The notes beneath the pieces are model-generated. The model ran no database searches. It had not been told where the DNA came from and saw only the letters and a program-made list of their open reading frames with translations. A stretch of 64,000 nucleotides of DNA from Balamuthia mandrillaris (taxonomy: Eukaryota). The DNA is taken from assembly GCA_031835245.2 (NCBI GenBank), contig JAVKOQ020000053.1:124001-188000 (forward strand). Reading direction: 5' to 3'. A program made the position numbers and the translations under genes. Each line of letters begins with the position of its first letter. Position 1 is the first letter of the stretch. Shown here one piece after another: positions 35,471 to 52,047 of the stretch.

Positions 35471-37942
35471 CTACTCTCTCTCTCTCTCTCCCTCTCTCCC
35501 TCTCTCTATTTGGTACTTCTCTTTTTTCTTTATTTTAGACAAATGAAGTTCTAACCCTTAAAAAAACGAAAACAAACCTTTAGTTGTTGCAGCGACACCA
35601 AAGTTACACGTATGGTTCGGGCGGTATGTCGCGCTCGCCTGGTCTTAGCCTGGAAGAGCAGGAAGACCTTCGTGTTCAACGTCTTAAGTTGGAGAAAGCT
35701 GAGCTTCAAAAGCTGTATGATGAGCTGCAAAACGACCACAACACTATTATCTCGGATAACGTACCAATTACCATCCCCACTTTTTAAACATTGTCATTCT
35801 TAACAAGAACAAACAAAAAATAACAACAGGCCAATTTACGTACTGAGCTGGATGGTACTTTAGCAACAGTGAAGTCGCTGGAGAGACAGTTGGAGGAGCT
35901 GGAAAAGCAAAACAGAGAAATGCAGCGCAACGCGCTGCCCGAAGACAATGTCTTGAATAAGCTTTCCAAGCAGAGCAGGTAACCTCATTTCATCTCTCAT
36001 TTCTCTTTTTGATGAAATGATTTCTTGGTTTACTCTTGCTCTTCGCTTTCTGCTTTTGTCTTTGGCTCATTTGTTCATCTCGCTTCTTTTCGTTCTTTAA
36101 TATTATGGCAGAGAGTACGAGAAGGAACAAAACAGAGCACTGCAACTTGAGTTGGACCAAAAGGAGGAACAAATTTTGGATTTGAAGAGGAGGGTGGAGG
36201 AACTGGCTCCGTTTGCACAGGAGAGCCGCAAGTTAAGGGACGAGATGGACATGATGAAAGAGAAGGTGGTTGCTGCAGCACAGACAGAAGAAAAATTCTC
36301 ACGGCTTCAGAGGAAGTTGGAAGAAATGAACATTCTTAAGAAACAGTTTAAGGTTACCTTCCTCTTTCTCATTTTCTCCTTTATTTGGCAACAAGCTTAT
36401 TTGCCTTAAAATAGGAACTGCAACAACAAAATGAAGCATACATGAGACGAGTGTTAGATTTAGAAGAGGAAACGAGCATTATTCCAGTGTTACGAAGTCA
36501 AATGGAGGAAGCAAAACTGAAGCTGGCTGCTGCCACAATACAGACTCATACTTTGGCAGGTCACACCGAAAAGCGCGAGCTCGAAAAAGAACAGATCGAG
36601 GAGCAGCATAGGCAGTTGCTTCTTGAACTCAGAAACAAAGAGGAGGAACTGCAGACCAAAAATGAGTTGGTGGAACGTTTACAAAGAGAATTAGAAGCAA
36701 AAGGTATTTGCTCTCTCTCTCTCTCTCTCTCTCTCTTCTATTTTCTCCTCCATTATCTTATTGTTTGCAATTATCCAAAAAAAAAAAAAACAGAGCTGGA
36801 AGCTGCTCCGTCGGAGGATGACACTTCCTTTGGCTCGCTGCATGAAGTTTTAACTCCAGAAATGTACGCCTTGCTTATATTAGCTTCTTTTTCTATTTGC
36901 ACACAAATCCCTTATTTATTTATTATTAATGATATCAGCAAATTGAAGATGGTTCGTTTGGAAAGAGAAAACGAAAAATTGAAAGCAGCAATCTTGGAGA
37001 CACAACAACAAACCTCAAGCAATGGCAATATCAAAAACAACACAATGAACGGAGAGATAATATCAGAAGCAAGGATTAAAGAACTGGAGCAGCAAAACAA
37101 GAAGCACATGGAGCAAGCAGCATCATTGTTGAAGATCGTAGAGAATTATAGACAAAAGGAGAAAGCACAGAAAGAGAAAGAAAAGAATGAGCTGCCAATG
37201 GAAGGAGGAGCTCCTTCCACAAATGTAACAGCGACAACAGCAATAGCAGCGACGATGATGACACCGTTAACAGCAGAGGAACATGAAGCCTTGAGGAAGA
37301 GGCTTCAAACGTTGGAGGAACAGAACAAGAAGCTCTCTGCCGACAAATTACGGTTGGAAGGTTACCTTCGAACAGCTAAAACGGTTTGTTTTTTTGTCGC
37401 GTTTACATATTTCAAAGCTTCTCATCTTCTCTGTTTTGTTTGCAGATGATAAGAGAGTTACGACAGCAGAACAAAGATACACAGAGTGCCGAATTGAACG
37501 TACGTAATAAGAGAAAGAGAAGGAAATCGAGAACAGAAGCGCTTACTCTTATTTTCATACTTGTGACAGTCTGTGCGGCAAACCTATGAAAACGCCATTC
37601 AAATGTTGAAAAATCAACTTCACGAGAAGCAACGCGAGCTAGACATGCATAAGGTTCGTTTGGCTTTTTTATTTGAAAAAGCACAAAGCTAAAGCTTACG
37701 AAAAAAAAAAAACACAGAATGTCCTCAAAGAGAGCAAAGAATGTTCTGAGCGAGAACAGAGACTTTTGGTCTCTGCATTCTACGAAATGGGACTGCAACT
37801 GGCACGCGCCCAAGCTCCCAAACCCGATCCTTCTTCGTTCATCCACACCAACTCCAACTCCATCAGCAACAATAGCAACAATCCCAAATCACCAGCCCGT
37901 TCTTTCTTGGCATCACTTCGTAACACTTCTCGAAGCTCGTGA
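34636..37942 (+). CDS. HOOK: HOOK family microtubule/dynein adaptor; spliced
   Basis: N-terminal Hook domain SLVNWVNTF..EDLYDGVLLAEVFSQIAP..NWLLKVNNVKKL..ILGAAVECENKQEIIQNIMLLD; coiled coils; LRDEMD; KMVRLERENEKLK; C-terminal EREQRLLVSAFYEMG. Confidence 0.9.
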
Positions 37943-38163
37943 AGAGCTTTTGTTTTTTGGTTGTTCTACATTCTTTTTTTCTTCTTTCTCTGTCAGATTT
38001 AGAGCGTACTAGTTTTTTTGTCATCACCCTTTTGGTGAAGAAGAATCTCGTCGTTTGCGTTGTTTCTCTCCTCCGCACCCTTCTCCCTTAATTCTCCTCT
38101 CTCTTATGAGGTATTCCGATTCATCCTATATGCACAAGAGGTTTTTTTATTACAAATATCCTA

Positions 38164-39043
<880 letters not shown>

Positions 39044-39490
39044 TCTGTTGTCGCTTGGTGTTCGCGCTGCTTCAGTGTTCTCGTTCTTCACGCGAAACCA
39101 TCCACAATTTCCTTTTTGAGAAAGTTCAGCCTAACCAATAGCAATTCATAGACCTATACCGTTCCAGCGCATCCGACGTCGTGTCTGTGAATTCTGTCCC
39201 TTGCCTAACCACCGACCATTCAACATAGAGAAAGCGTTGTTGTGTGAGGGAGAGCAGTCCCATCCGACCAACCCAACTACCTGAAGGGTTTCTGCTTACC
39301 TGAAGGAAGCCATCGCTGCCAGTATTTGTTCCATCATGCAGTCACGCGTATATCCTCAATCAGATGATATATGATCTACCAATGGAATTTCATATTTTGG
39401 GGGAGGTGACATCAGCCTGATTTATAATTAGACAAAAAGGAAAATAAAAAAACCAACTGAAGAACAACAGGAAACGGAAAGATATAAAAG

Positions 39491-42302
<2,812 letters not shown>

Positions 42303-42504
42303 GAAAGAAGAGAAAGAGACAGGCGGAAGAGCGAGCAGAGAGGAGAGAGAAATGTTGTATGTTTCTTTCATTTTTTCAACTGAATAAGATGTACACGGTA
42401 AAGCCAAATACAACGGCTTTGGTCTTCGTTTCATTCATTGAGAGGGGAGAACATCCAAAGAATCACAAGTCATTAAACATCATCCATAGCAGGAGGGGAT
42501 AGGG

Positions 42505-45053
42505 TTACATGGAATGGGTATCTTGTAAGGAGAGATTGGGAGTGGAAGTGATAGCGCGTTGTGGGAGAGCGGGCAGGGCCCGCTTGCCCGCTGGAGAGGA
42601 AGGTTTTTTGGTCGGCAGAGAAGAGGCAGAGGTAGACAACAATGGATCCGTGCGAGAGCGGTTTTTGCCTGCCAAAAGATCATAACTTGGTGACTTTTTC
42701 GAAATGAGAGGAGAGGATGGAGCAGAAGAAGCTATTATCTGGGATGTAGATGAAGCAGAAGGCGAATGTGGGTTGAGCCGAGGAGGACGACGAGGAGCGA
42801 CGATCGCAGAGCCAGCTCTTTGTTCTCCTGTGTTTGCCAAGGCTGCCACGCTTGGCGCAACAGGCGGAGTTCTTCGCGGAAGAGGCGGAGATGAGGAGAG
42901 AGCAGGCGAAGAAGGACGAGGAGGAATGGATGGACCTTTCATTACCTCTCTCTTGCTGGTACTGTTTGTCATCGAGGAGGAGCGTTGTTTGTGTCTGGCG
43001 TTAGGTAGTTGAGAAGCTGGTTGAGGTTGATAATGATGAGCCCTTGGGCTTCTCATGGAAGCAGCTTCTAGAGCTTGTTGATGTTGTTGCTGCTGCTGCA
43101 GAGACCGTGGGCTTCGTGCAGAAGTGCCCTGCTTGTGTTTTGGAGACTCGGGTTGCTTTTGTCTTGGAGAAGTGGATGAAGAAGGTGATGAAGCTCTGCC
43201 ATACTCGTTGGCCAATTCTTTGAGCCAAATGTCCAATTCGCTGTGGGTGTAGTCCCCACTTTTGATGCGAAAGGCCTTTTCTTTAAGGCTGTTATCTGTT
43301 GGCATCATGTTCAACCACGTTTTAGTCTTTTGCCTTTGAGCGATGTAATGATGTTCCATCTTTTTCTTCAGCTCTCGCAATGCTTTGTTTCTCAGCACAA
43401 ACCCCGCAGTGGAAGAAGAACTGGTACTCTCATCAGATCCATCCAAAGAAGAGGAACTCGAGGCATCTGCATTTCTTCTCATGGCAACCGGAGACAACAA
43501 ACCAGAAGTAAGAGAAGACGTCTTTGGAGGAGAAGAAGCGGTGGGGCTTCGAGTCAAACGACAAGGGGGAGAGGAAGGATGTTGAGGTTGTGTGTCTATC
43601 TTTTTGTCTTTCCAGTCTTTGTTGATTTCTTTGAGTTTCTTGACGCGCTCTTTTCGTGTCTTTTTGATCTTCTTTGGAGAAGCTAGCTCTGGTTCTTGTT
43701 GTTGTTGTTGTTGTTGTGGCTTTTCTTTATCGTCTCCCAATAATTTCCTGACTGTAATGGTTATGAGAACAGTGTCAAACGAAAAGGTTAGGTAATAACA
43801 GAATGAAGAAAGATACATACTGGCAGCAGCACGAGGAGAAACATTCGGTCCATTTCCAATAGTATAAGCCTTCCTGCCGGCATCTGGTGAGCTCTCATCC
43901 TTTCCTTCGTTCCCATCCTTGTCACCATTTCTTTCTTTTTTGTTACATGTTTTCTCCACAGAAGAATCGTTGCTGCTAGTCTCCTCTTCTGCTTCCAAAG
44001 TTTTCAATCTATCTTCAAAGAAGTAATGATAGTCATCGATAAAAGTGGAGACGATGTTGTTGACATGGGCCACATCGGCCAATATAGTTTCCAACGAGCT
44101 GACTTTTGGACGTAACAAAACAGGACCGAAAACGATGGCCAAGTTGTCGGATGTCATCAAGTTCTTATCGCTGAGGTCGGCTATGGCTCTAAGATGTCGA
44201 ACGACATGCGCCACTAGTCGAAAGTTGTTCGATGGAACACTTCCCAAAAACTCTCGAAGAAGTTGTTTTCGTTCAGCCTCCTCTGTTTGAATTGCTATTT
44301 CGTGTGGTTGTTGCAATAATGTTAAAAATATAGAAAGAAACAGAGAGAGAGAAAGAGAAACGACAAAAGAGCAGAAGAAAGAGGGCGAGCGAGCGAGCGA
44401 GAAGAGCAGGAGAAGTGGAAGAGGAGGAGGGAGAAGAGCAAGTAGGACTACCTCCAACGAAACTCTCATAGAGAAAGAAGGTTAAAGGAGGTTCTGTCAA
44501 CTCTCTCAAAAATTGTTTCAACAAATTAGCAAGCACATGCGGCTCTAAACTGCCCAAATCCACATCCTTTCCTGTTTTTTTTTAAGTTCAACAACAGTAT
44601 TAGTTGAGCAAGATCAAAAACAAAAAAACAAAAAAGTGAGACAAGTACCTTTGTTTATCTTTTTTACAAGTTCTTCCACGTCCGTTAATCTTCCGGAGAC
44701 GCGGTAGATCCCCTGTACTAATACTGTGTGCCACAAGAACAGAAAAAAAAAATGGTGTCAGGGGCGCGTTTTCAAGAAGAGAACGAGAGAAAAAGAGAGA
44801 GAAACGGAGAAAGAGACGAAAGGGTAAAAGAATTAAAATAAAAGAGAGCCGAACAGAGAGAGAGAGAGAGAGAGAGAAAAGAAAAAAAAACAGGGAAGAA
44901 AGAGGAAGGGCTACCATGTTTGTCCATCTGCTCTAAACACTTGTAAGCAAAAGCCTGTCCATATTTAGAGTCTATGGAGCAACCAAAAATGGTTCTCGAA
45001 GGGGAGGAGCCCCACCGCAGCAGGTTAGTCACACTGGAAGAGCGCTGTAACAT
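42505..45053 (-). CDS. RhoGAP protein (N-terminal GAP domain, long S/P-rich tail); spliced
   Basis: IFGCSI..KCLEQMDKH; spliced VQGIYRVSG (Arg finger); PHVLANLLKQFLRELTEPPLT; NLMTSDNLAIVFGPVLLR. Confidence 0.9.
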
Positions 45054-45659
45054 AATTTCTTTTTGCCCCTCCTAATATTATTGATGGATTGCTTTAGTTT
45101 TCTTGCAGGGCGGCGTAACACCTTACAAGAAGAAACACCCAAAGAAAGAAGAAAAAAAAACAAAAAATAAAATAAACAAAAAAAACCTCTCTAAAGTCCG
45201 TTACGAACCGTGTGCTTTTTTTTGTTTTTCCTTGCCTTCCTTTTCTTTCTTTCTCTCGTCGTTACTATATGAATTTATTTTTTTTTGTCGCAAAAAAGTT
45301 TTTGAATAAATTATTTCTTTAATCATTAAGTTACCAAATAAGGATATTATTACCTGCTGGCCAATCGCTAATCAACCGCGGTTAATTAATATTGGCATCA
45401 AAGCTGCACTCCCTCGCGGTCATTTGTTGTCTAAAATGAGTACATATGCATGTGCCCTTCTGTTCATAACTCTTGCTCCTCCACCGTTTCTCAGTAGAAG
45501 CTACAATTTCCCTATAAAGTCATTGTTTCATTTCGTCTTTCCGTCCCCCATGCGTTAGCATCGGCTGTTGCTCTGAAACGTAGATACAGCCGCACCCAAT
45601 GGAGCGTTCTTCGCTTTTATTCATCATCATCTCTCCTTGTCTCATCGTTGTGTTGGCTG

Positions 45660-46910
45660 TTACTTGGCGTTGAGTTCAAGCTTGAGCGCCTCCACCGCAG
45701 GCGCCGCAAAGAAGTAGAGCCAGGCAAACTCCTCCCCCACTAAAACGCCTTTTCTCACTTGGCCGCTCTCGTCCCTTGCCTTGGGCTCCCATGGCACGAA
45801 GGTCCTCTGCCATCCCCAATGCCCATTCACTGCATGATAAGTTATGGTGGCTGTATGGCTTGGCATTCGTTTCGGTGCTGGGTCTTCCTCTACTTCTTGT
45901 TCTTGCTTTGTTTCTTTGTTGCTTGTCGTGGTCGGATTGGTCTTCTTCCTCTTGTTTATGTTTTGAAGTACTTGATTGTATTCAACGATGTGAGCGTGCT
46001 CCAAAACTAACACGCTTTCGGCCAGCTGGTTGTACTTTTGCATTGCTTTATCCAATAATGTCCCCTCACCTTCTGCTTTTTCTCCTATGAGAAGACCAAA
46101 TGGAAGAATGTGATCCAAAGAGTATTCCTCCATCTGTCTTGAATAGATGTTCACTCTTCCTTTGTATCCCCCTTCTCCTTCTTCTCTTTCACCTTCTCTT
46201 TCTTCCTTCTTCTTTCTTTGCTTCAGCAAATCCACATTCTGAAGAAAGGCATCACGAGAAACGTCGAGCCCCATCGCTACAACCCCTAAATAAGAGTCAG
46301 GAACGGCAAGTAATGCGGCCAACGTCTCAGCATCGCCGCCTTCGAACGGATTCGTCGTTTCGCTGGTTGAGCATCCATCTCCTTGTTTCAGGATCAGAGA
46401 ATCTCCTCCTCCTAACAAACAATACGGGTTAATTAGAAGAACAAGAGGAAGAGGAAGAAGAATACCATCAACAAATACAAGAGAAGTAAGGCCAAGGAGA
46501 GAACGAGCTTGAAGGAAAGCTTCGCTCAATTCGGCAGTTGCACTTTCGCCCTTTTCCTCGCGAAGTCGGCTGAACATCAGCACTTCGGTGCCCAAAAGCT
46601 TTGCCACAATGGGTTCTATGTACCGTCCTCTCCTCGTTATTTTAGTTTCACCTTTTATGTTTTGTGTTTGTGTTTGTTTTTTGTTTCAGATAGAAGGAAC
46701 CGACAAGAAACGCAGGAAAGAAAAAAGCAAGGAGAGAGATACAAAGGAGGAAATGAACATAGACGAAAATGAACAATGGAAAAGAGAAATGTTGCAGCAA
46801 ACCTGTAATGAAAGCACCCGCCGAAGAGAAAGGTCTGATGTTCTCCATGTCCGCCTGCGAGATCGGTCTAGTCGAACCTGTTCATTGCGAGACAGAAGTA
46901 AGCAACGAGT

Positions 46911-46948
<38 letters not shown>

Positions 46949-47144
46949 GCGCAAAGGAGTAGACTATAGACAAAAATGAAGAAACACTAAGGGAAGGGAC
47001 GGAAAAACCGAGATAAGCTTCTACGCCGGCCTCGACAGCAGCAAAGTACAACAGGCTAGCATTGATGATATCCAAACCACCGCCAAGCCCACAAAACAGG
47101 ACCCTTTGTTTGACAGTCGTCGTCGCTGTGGTAGCCGTGGCCAT
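45660..47144 (-). CDS. DUF1152-like protein (bacterial/archaeal-type); spliced
   Basis: RVLFCGLGGGLDIINAS and spliced LVFVDGGGDSLIL..GGDAETLAAL..GLD match the GxGGGxD / VDxGxDSL pattern of DUF1152. Confidence 0.6.
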
Positions 47145-47401
47145 CCTCTTTGCTCTTCTTTCTCGTCGTCTCTTTATTTCTGTTAAACGAAGAGTTAATT
47201 GTCCTCGACCACTGTTCAAACGCTTCAGTGTTTGTGCTCCCCACAAGTCGACATTAATAATTCTGCTGACGTGTTACACTCTCCTATCCTGTCTCCAATC
47301 TTCTCTCCTCTCTTACTTTTTCACTGCAACAAATTTTTTTTCTCCTTTCTTTTGGGATTGATTGATCAAATCGAAAACCGGTGAAGGGAAGAGAGGAGAG
47401 A

Positions 47402-49270
47402 ATGTTGTGGTGGGTCCTTGTGGGCACGGTGGTAGTGGCTACTCTCATCGTAGCGGTTGTGTTTGGGCGACGGCGCACGTCGTCTGAACAGCAACGCGCT
47501 GCTTCTTCTTCCGCTTCCTCCTCCTCAAAGAAAGCAACAACCCAAAACAACAGCAACACGAAAGGCAAAGGCAAGGGCAAGGGCAAGCTCTCCAACGTTG
47601 CCATTCGACTCAAGACCAAAGACACCACCAAAAATGTTTGTTGCTTTCTCTCTCATCTTTTCTTTTCTGTTTCGCCTTTTTTGTTGGATTGCTTTTCTAA
47701 TGTTTGTGATTTATTTTTTTTCATAAAAAAAATTGGTCTTCGAGTAGCACCCACTCTTTGTGCAAAGGCTGAAAGTGCACACCGCCCCCGTCACTGACTT
47801 GTGCTTCAACCCTAAAGGCAAATACTTGGCATCCATCGGTGCTGACCGAACCATCTACCTCTTTCACACTGACACTCTCAGCGATAGCAACACTAGGTCC
47901 CCTTCTCCTTCTTGTTTGTTGTTCTTCTTCTCCTTCTTCTTGTTCTCACATTTGTACCATTCTATGATAATACGACAACAGGAGTCAGAGGATCAACACA
48001 GAGTTTGATCATGGAGAAGCTTGTTGTTTCAGCCCTGATGGTTATCACCTTCTCTTGGTGATGGCCACTACAAAACAAGTTCGCATCTACGGCTTGAAAG
48101 TACGTCTCCTTCTTTCTCTTCCCTACCTTTCACGTATTCTCTTCTTTGGCTCACTGTTTCCTGATGCAGAAAGAGAAAGGCACTGATAAAGTGAAGGCTG
48201 AAGTGGTTAAAGAGTTTCCAACCAAACACGCAGATGAAGTGAGGACCATTCGGATGGCTCACAACAACAAGTACATCCTTACTTGCTCTGAAGAGGGTTT
48301 GTTTCTCACCATCATTCATTGCGCCTCTCTCTCACCGCAACATTTCTCGTATGTCATTTTCTTATTTATTTTTTCTGTTATGATAAAGACACAAAGGTGT
48401 CTCTCTGGTCGTTACAAGGAAAAGAGCTGGAGACATTGGACACTAAGAAGATGCGAAACTATATGTACGCAAACATCTCCAGCTTATGGTCTGTTTACTT
48501 GAATCCACTAAAACCTCTTCGTGCAAACAGGGCGTCACTCTCTCCCAACAACCTTTTCACTGTGGCTTCCTTCACTGCTGATGTCCCGGTTAGTATCTCT
48601 CTTTCTCTCTTCTGCTTTTATCTGACTAATACTTTTTATTTTCAACAAGATATGGGAGGTGGAGACCAAAAAGGGCAAGGAATGGGAGTTCAACGGCACA
48701 CGTAAAGTCATGGATCTTTCCAACGGCCATCGCGTACGTTTATCTTCTCTTTCTCAGCATTCCACCGCTTTTCTTCTTCTTTAACACCCTCTCTTTCTCT
48801 GTTGGTTAAAGGGATCCGTGTACGCTGTTTGCTTCAGCGCAGACGGCAAGTTGCTGGCCACTGCCTCCAAAGACTGCACTCTTCGCATTTGGGACGTGAA
48901 TGGTTTGTCTTCTCTCTCTCTCTCTCTCTCTCTCTGTCTATTCCCTCATCTAACTTGTTCTCTCTCCCTTTCCGCCTTTACAGTGCGTTGGCATCAACAA
49001 GAGGACCCAAAGCCTGTCCATAAAATCTCTTTAGAAGAGCCGGTGCAGCGTTTGGCTTTTACTCCAGACAACAAAGTCATCGCAGCCACTTCAGGACCCT
49101 CCCTTTTGCTCTTCTCTGTAGAAAGCGGAGAACTGCTGGACAAAGTGGCAACAGCCCATGAGAACGGAAGTGCCATCGCTGCCCTGTCGTGGTCTGCTGA
49201 TAGCCTCTATTTGGCCACTGCTGCCGACTCAACCATCAAAGTTTGGAAGAATCCTCTTTTGGTTTCTTGA
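47402..49270 (+). CDS. TBL2: Transducin beta-like 2 (TBL2)-like WD40 protein with N-terminal TM anchor; spliced
   Basis: N-terminal hydrophobic anchor MLWWVLVGTVVVATLIVAVVF, Lys-rich linker, HPLFVQRLKVHTAPVTDLCFNPKGKYLAS, VASFTADVPIWEV, ATASKDCTLRIWDVNVRWHQQEDPK. Confidence 0.8.
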
Positions 49271-49430
49271 AAAGAATGCAAGAGCTCTTTTTGCCCCGTT
49301 GCCTCTCTTTTGTAAAGTTGAAAAATGAATAGCATGGAATCATTCAGTTACTTTTGCTCTATTGTTTTGTATTCGTGAAAGAAAGGTATGAACAGATGAG
49401 AAGGAGAAAAAACGCGGGTGGTTTTTTTTT

Positions 49431-49881
49431 TCATTGCTCTTCGTCGTCGTTTCTGTCTCCTCCGCTGCCGGTAGAGCTGATATCATCCTCGTCGTCCTGG
49501 TAGTCGTTGTCGCTATTTTCGTGCTTGAGAGCTTTCCTGTCTTCTCTGCTGAGGAACCTGCCACCAGGACCCCTTGGCCTGTTTGAAGCGTGCTTGTGTC
49601 GCGATTGGTGTAAATAGCCCTAAAATATAAAGTTGCTAAGTTAGAACAAACAAAAAACTAAGAGAGAGAGAAGCATGTACCCTTCGGTCTTGTATTTTGT
49701 ATTTCATTTCAAGGCGAAGGCGGGCTTGTCGTCTGGCCATGATGCGACTGTATTGCTTGGCATTGACGTAGGTGGTCGCCATGTAGGCGTCTGAAGAGGC
49801 AGGTCCGCCCAGGTCCGTCGCCAAAGTGTGCGCCGTTGGATAGAGAGAAGCTAACATCGGGTGCTATCACACAAACAGGAG

Positions 49882-49919
<38 letters not shown>

Positions 49920-49940
49920 TTGTTACTCAAAGAAAGCATA

Positions 49941-49978
<38 letters not shown>

Positions 49979-50696
49979 TTTGGTCAAGGGGAAGAGGAGT
50001 GTCATATTTTTGTACAGGAAGGGAGAAGAGAGTCTGGGCAGCGGAGGTCACGTCATCGCCGCCGGCAGGGTGGTGCATCAAGCCGGCGGCAGCGGCGGCC
50101 TGACTTTGGGCCAAGAGCGCTCCAGTGGCAGCGGCGTGCTGTTGCTGCTGGGCGTTGGGCAGCATGGACCCCGAGTCAGAGAGCGAAAACAGGGCGCTGG
50201 TGGCCGCAGCCAGTTGTTGCTGGGCGGCGTTATGGGGGTCCACATGTTCTTGCTGCTGTTGTTGAGGGTGGTGGTGATGGTGTTGAGTGTGGTCGATTTG
50301 CTGTGGGTGATGGTGTTGTGGTTGGTTGGGTGCGGCTCTGTTGTGGTGGTGCTGTTGTTCCTCCCCTTCTTCAGGGGCGTTGTTGGAGGAGTGGAGGGAG
50401 TGAATGGTGTGGGAGAGGTGAGAGGAGTGGCTGTGGGGCAGAGGCAGAGACAAAGATTGAAAGGGGAGGGAGGAAGAGTCCGCGGAGCCCGCGGCGGCTG
50501 CAGAGCCAGGGGAATGGGCGGCGGGCGGATGAGCCAAGCCTTGGGAGAGTTGTTGGGACAGAGAAGCAAGGTGATGGGCGGAAGAGGAGACGGAAGAGGT
50601 CGAAGCGGGGGAGGTGTTGGCAAACGAGGGGAAGGAGGAGAGAGGAAGGCCGGAGAGGTGGTGATGGGCCAACAACGTTTGCGTTGGTTCTTGCAT
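49431..50696 (-). CDS. NFYA: Nuclear transcription factor Y subunit A (CBF-B/HAP2); spliced
   Basis: YVNAKQYSRIMARRQARLRLE and, in the last exon, YLHQSRHKHASNRPRGPGGRFL; H/Q-rich activation region. Confidence 0.95.
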
Positions 50697-50773
50697 GGAT
50701 CAAACAGAAGGAAGAGAGGGGGAAATAATAAAACCAGCCACACAGAACACGACTACACGTGAAGTGAAGCAGG

Positions 50774-50852
50774 ATTGGTCGCTGTTGGTCTGGGCGTGAA
50801 CGAGAGACACCCAATAGAAACTCTGCTTTGTTCCCTTTGAGTTTAGCCCAAT
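50774..50852. promoter_or_regulatory. Three CCAAT boxes in the NF-YA / HD-hydrolase divergent promoter
   Basis: ATTGG 50774-50778, CCAAT 50811-50815, CCAAT 50848-50852. Confidence 0.55.
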
Positions 50853-51125
50853 AGCCTTTTTTTCCTCTTTTTTCCCCCTTTTATTTGTTTTTTTTGTTTT
50901 TTTGACGGTTTGTTGGGGTGGGGGCCCCCTCTTCGGAATAGAAGAAAAATTTCTCTTTAACTTTTCCTTTTCGGTACAATTGTTGAGAAATATTTTACCA
51001 AAAAAAAGTTCCCATCAGAAACCATTATTATGGGACGAAAATCGGTTTTTTTTTTTTTTTCAGAGGGGCTCTTAAGATTATGGGAGAAGCATGACTTTTC
51101 CCGGAAGAAGAAAGAAGGGAGAAGC

Positions 51126-51997
51126 ATGGAAGGGTGGGGGGATGTAGCGGCGGCTTGGCATGAGCTAACGACCCGTTTATCGGTGCCAGAGGTGCGCTTG
51201 CTTACGACTATTGCATTGGTTATCCAATTGGTTGATGGTGTGCAAAAAACAAATAAAACAACAGGAGATAGCTGGCCGTTGGTGGACTGTTATCAGCGAC
51301 CATTACAGAGAACAACAGCGGTATTATCATACGCTGGAGCACATCCGCTCTATGTTGAATCTGCATCGCGAGCACTTGGAGCATGTAGAGCGACAGGATC
51401 TTGTTGAATTGGCCATCTTCTTTCACGAGTGCGTCTCTCCTTTCCCTCTACTTTTTTTCCTCGCTCTAAGCGTTGTTCTCTTTAAAACCTGCACGCACGC
51501 ATAGCATCATATATGAGCCTAAAAACAAAGACAACGAAGATCAAAGCGCGTTGCTCTTCCAAAAGTTCGCTACTGAAATCAGTTTGGTACGCACATGCGC
51601 ATAGCTTCGCCTTTACCCTCTCTCACCAGCGCCTCCACACCATTGTAAATAGAGCAACGGCGACAGCGACAAAGTCTTTGAATGGATCATGCACACTAAA
51701 ACCCATTTCAAGGAGCCCAAGGTGGCCTCCTCCGACCTGGAATACTTCCTCGATCTGGACCTCTCCATCCTTGGCGCCTCCGAGCAGGACTACCAGCGCT
51801 ACGCTGAGAACATTCGCAAGGAGTACTGTCACGTGGAGGAGAACGTTTTCAAACAGGTGAGGGCTGCCGTCATGCAAAACTTCTTGCAGCATCAACACCT
51901 CTACCGTACTCCATTTTTCAGAGAGAAGTTCGAGGAGAAAGCGAGAGAGAACATCAACCAGGAGATTCAACGTCTGACATCCTCCTCGTCATCATAA
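51126..51997 (+). CDS. HD-superfamily predicted metal-dependent phosphohydrolase (COG4339-like); spliced
   Basis: HYREQQRYYHTLEHI, LAIFFHDIIYEPKNKDNEDQSA (HD split by an intron), MHTKTH, FLDLDLSILGA..YAENIRKEY, EEKARENINQEI. Confidence 0.85.
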
Positions 51998-52047
51998 ATA
52001 AGAAATCGTGTTATTGTTACAATGAAAAGGAAGGCATGCACAACTCC

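Noticed and set aside
39358..39423. Possible C/D-box snoRNA (ATGATA...CTGA)
   Set aside because: Imperfect C box, weak terminal stem and no recognisable rRNA guide; lies in a divergent promoter
45348..45430. U1 snRNA-like words (TTACCTG ... TGCACTCC ... ATTTGTTG)
   Set aside because: No U1-70K loop (GATCACGAAG), no stem around TGCACTCC and wrong Sm-site spacing; better explained as a promoter dyad
45485..45605. Hairpins downstream of the DUF1152-like gene, considered as a SECIS
   Set aside because: The GA quartet and stem do not fit, and no in-frame TGA was seen in the gene
49836..50762. 308-aa Gly-rich plus-strand ORF
   Set aside because: Antisense to the His/Ser/Pro-rich NF-YA exon
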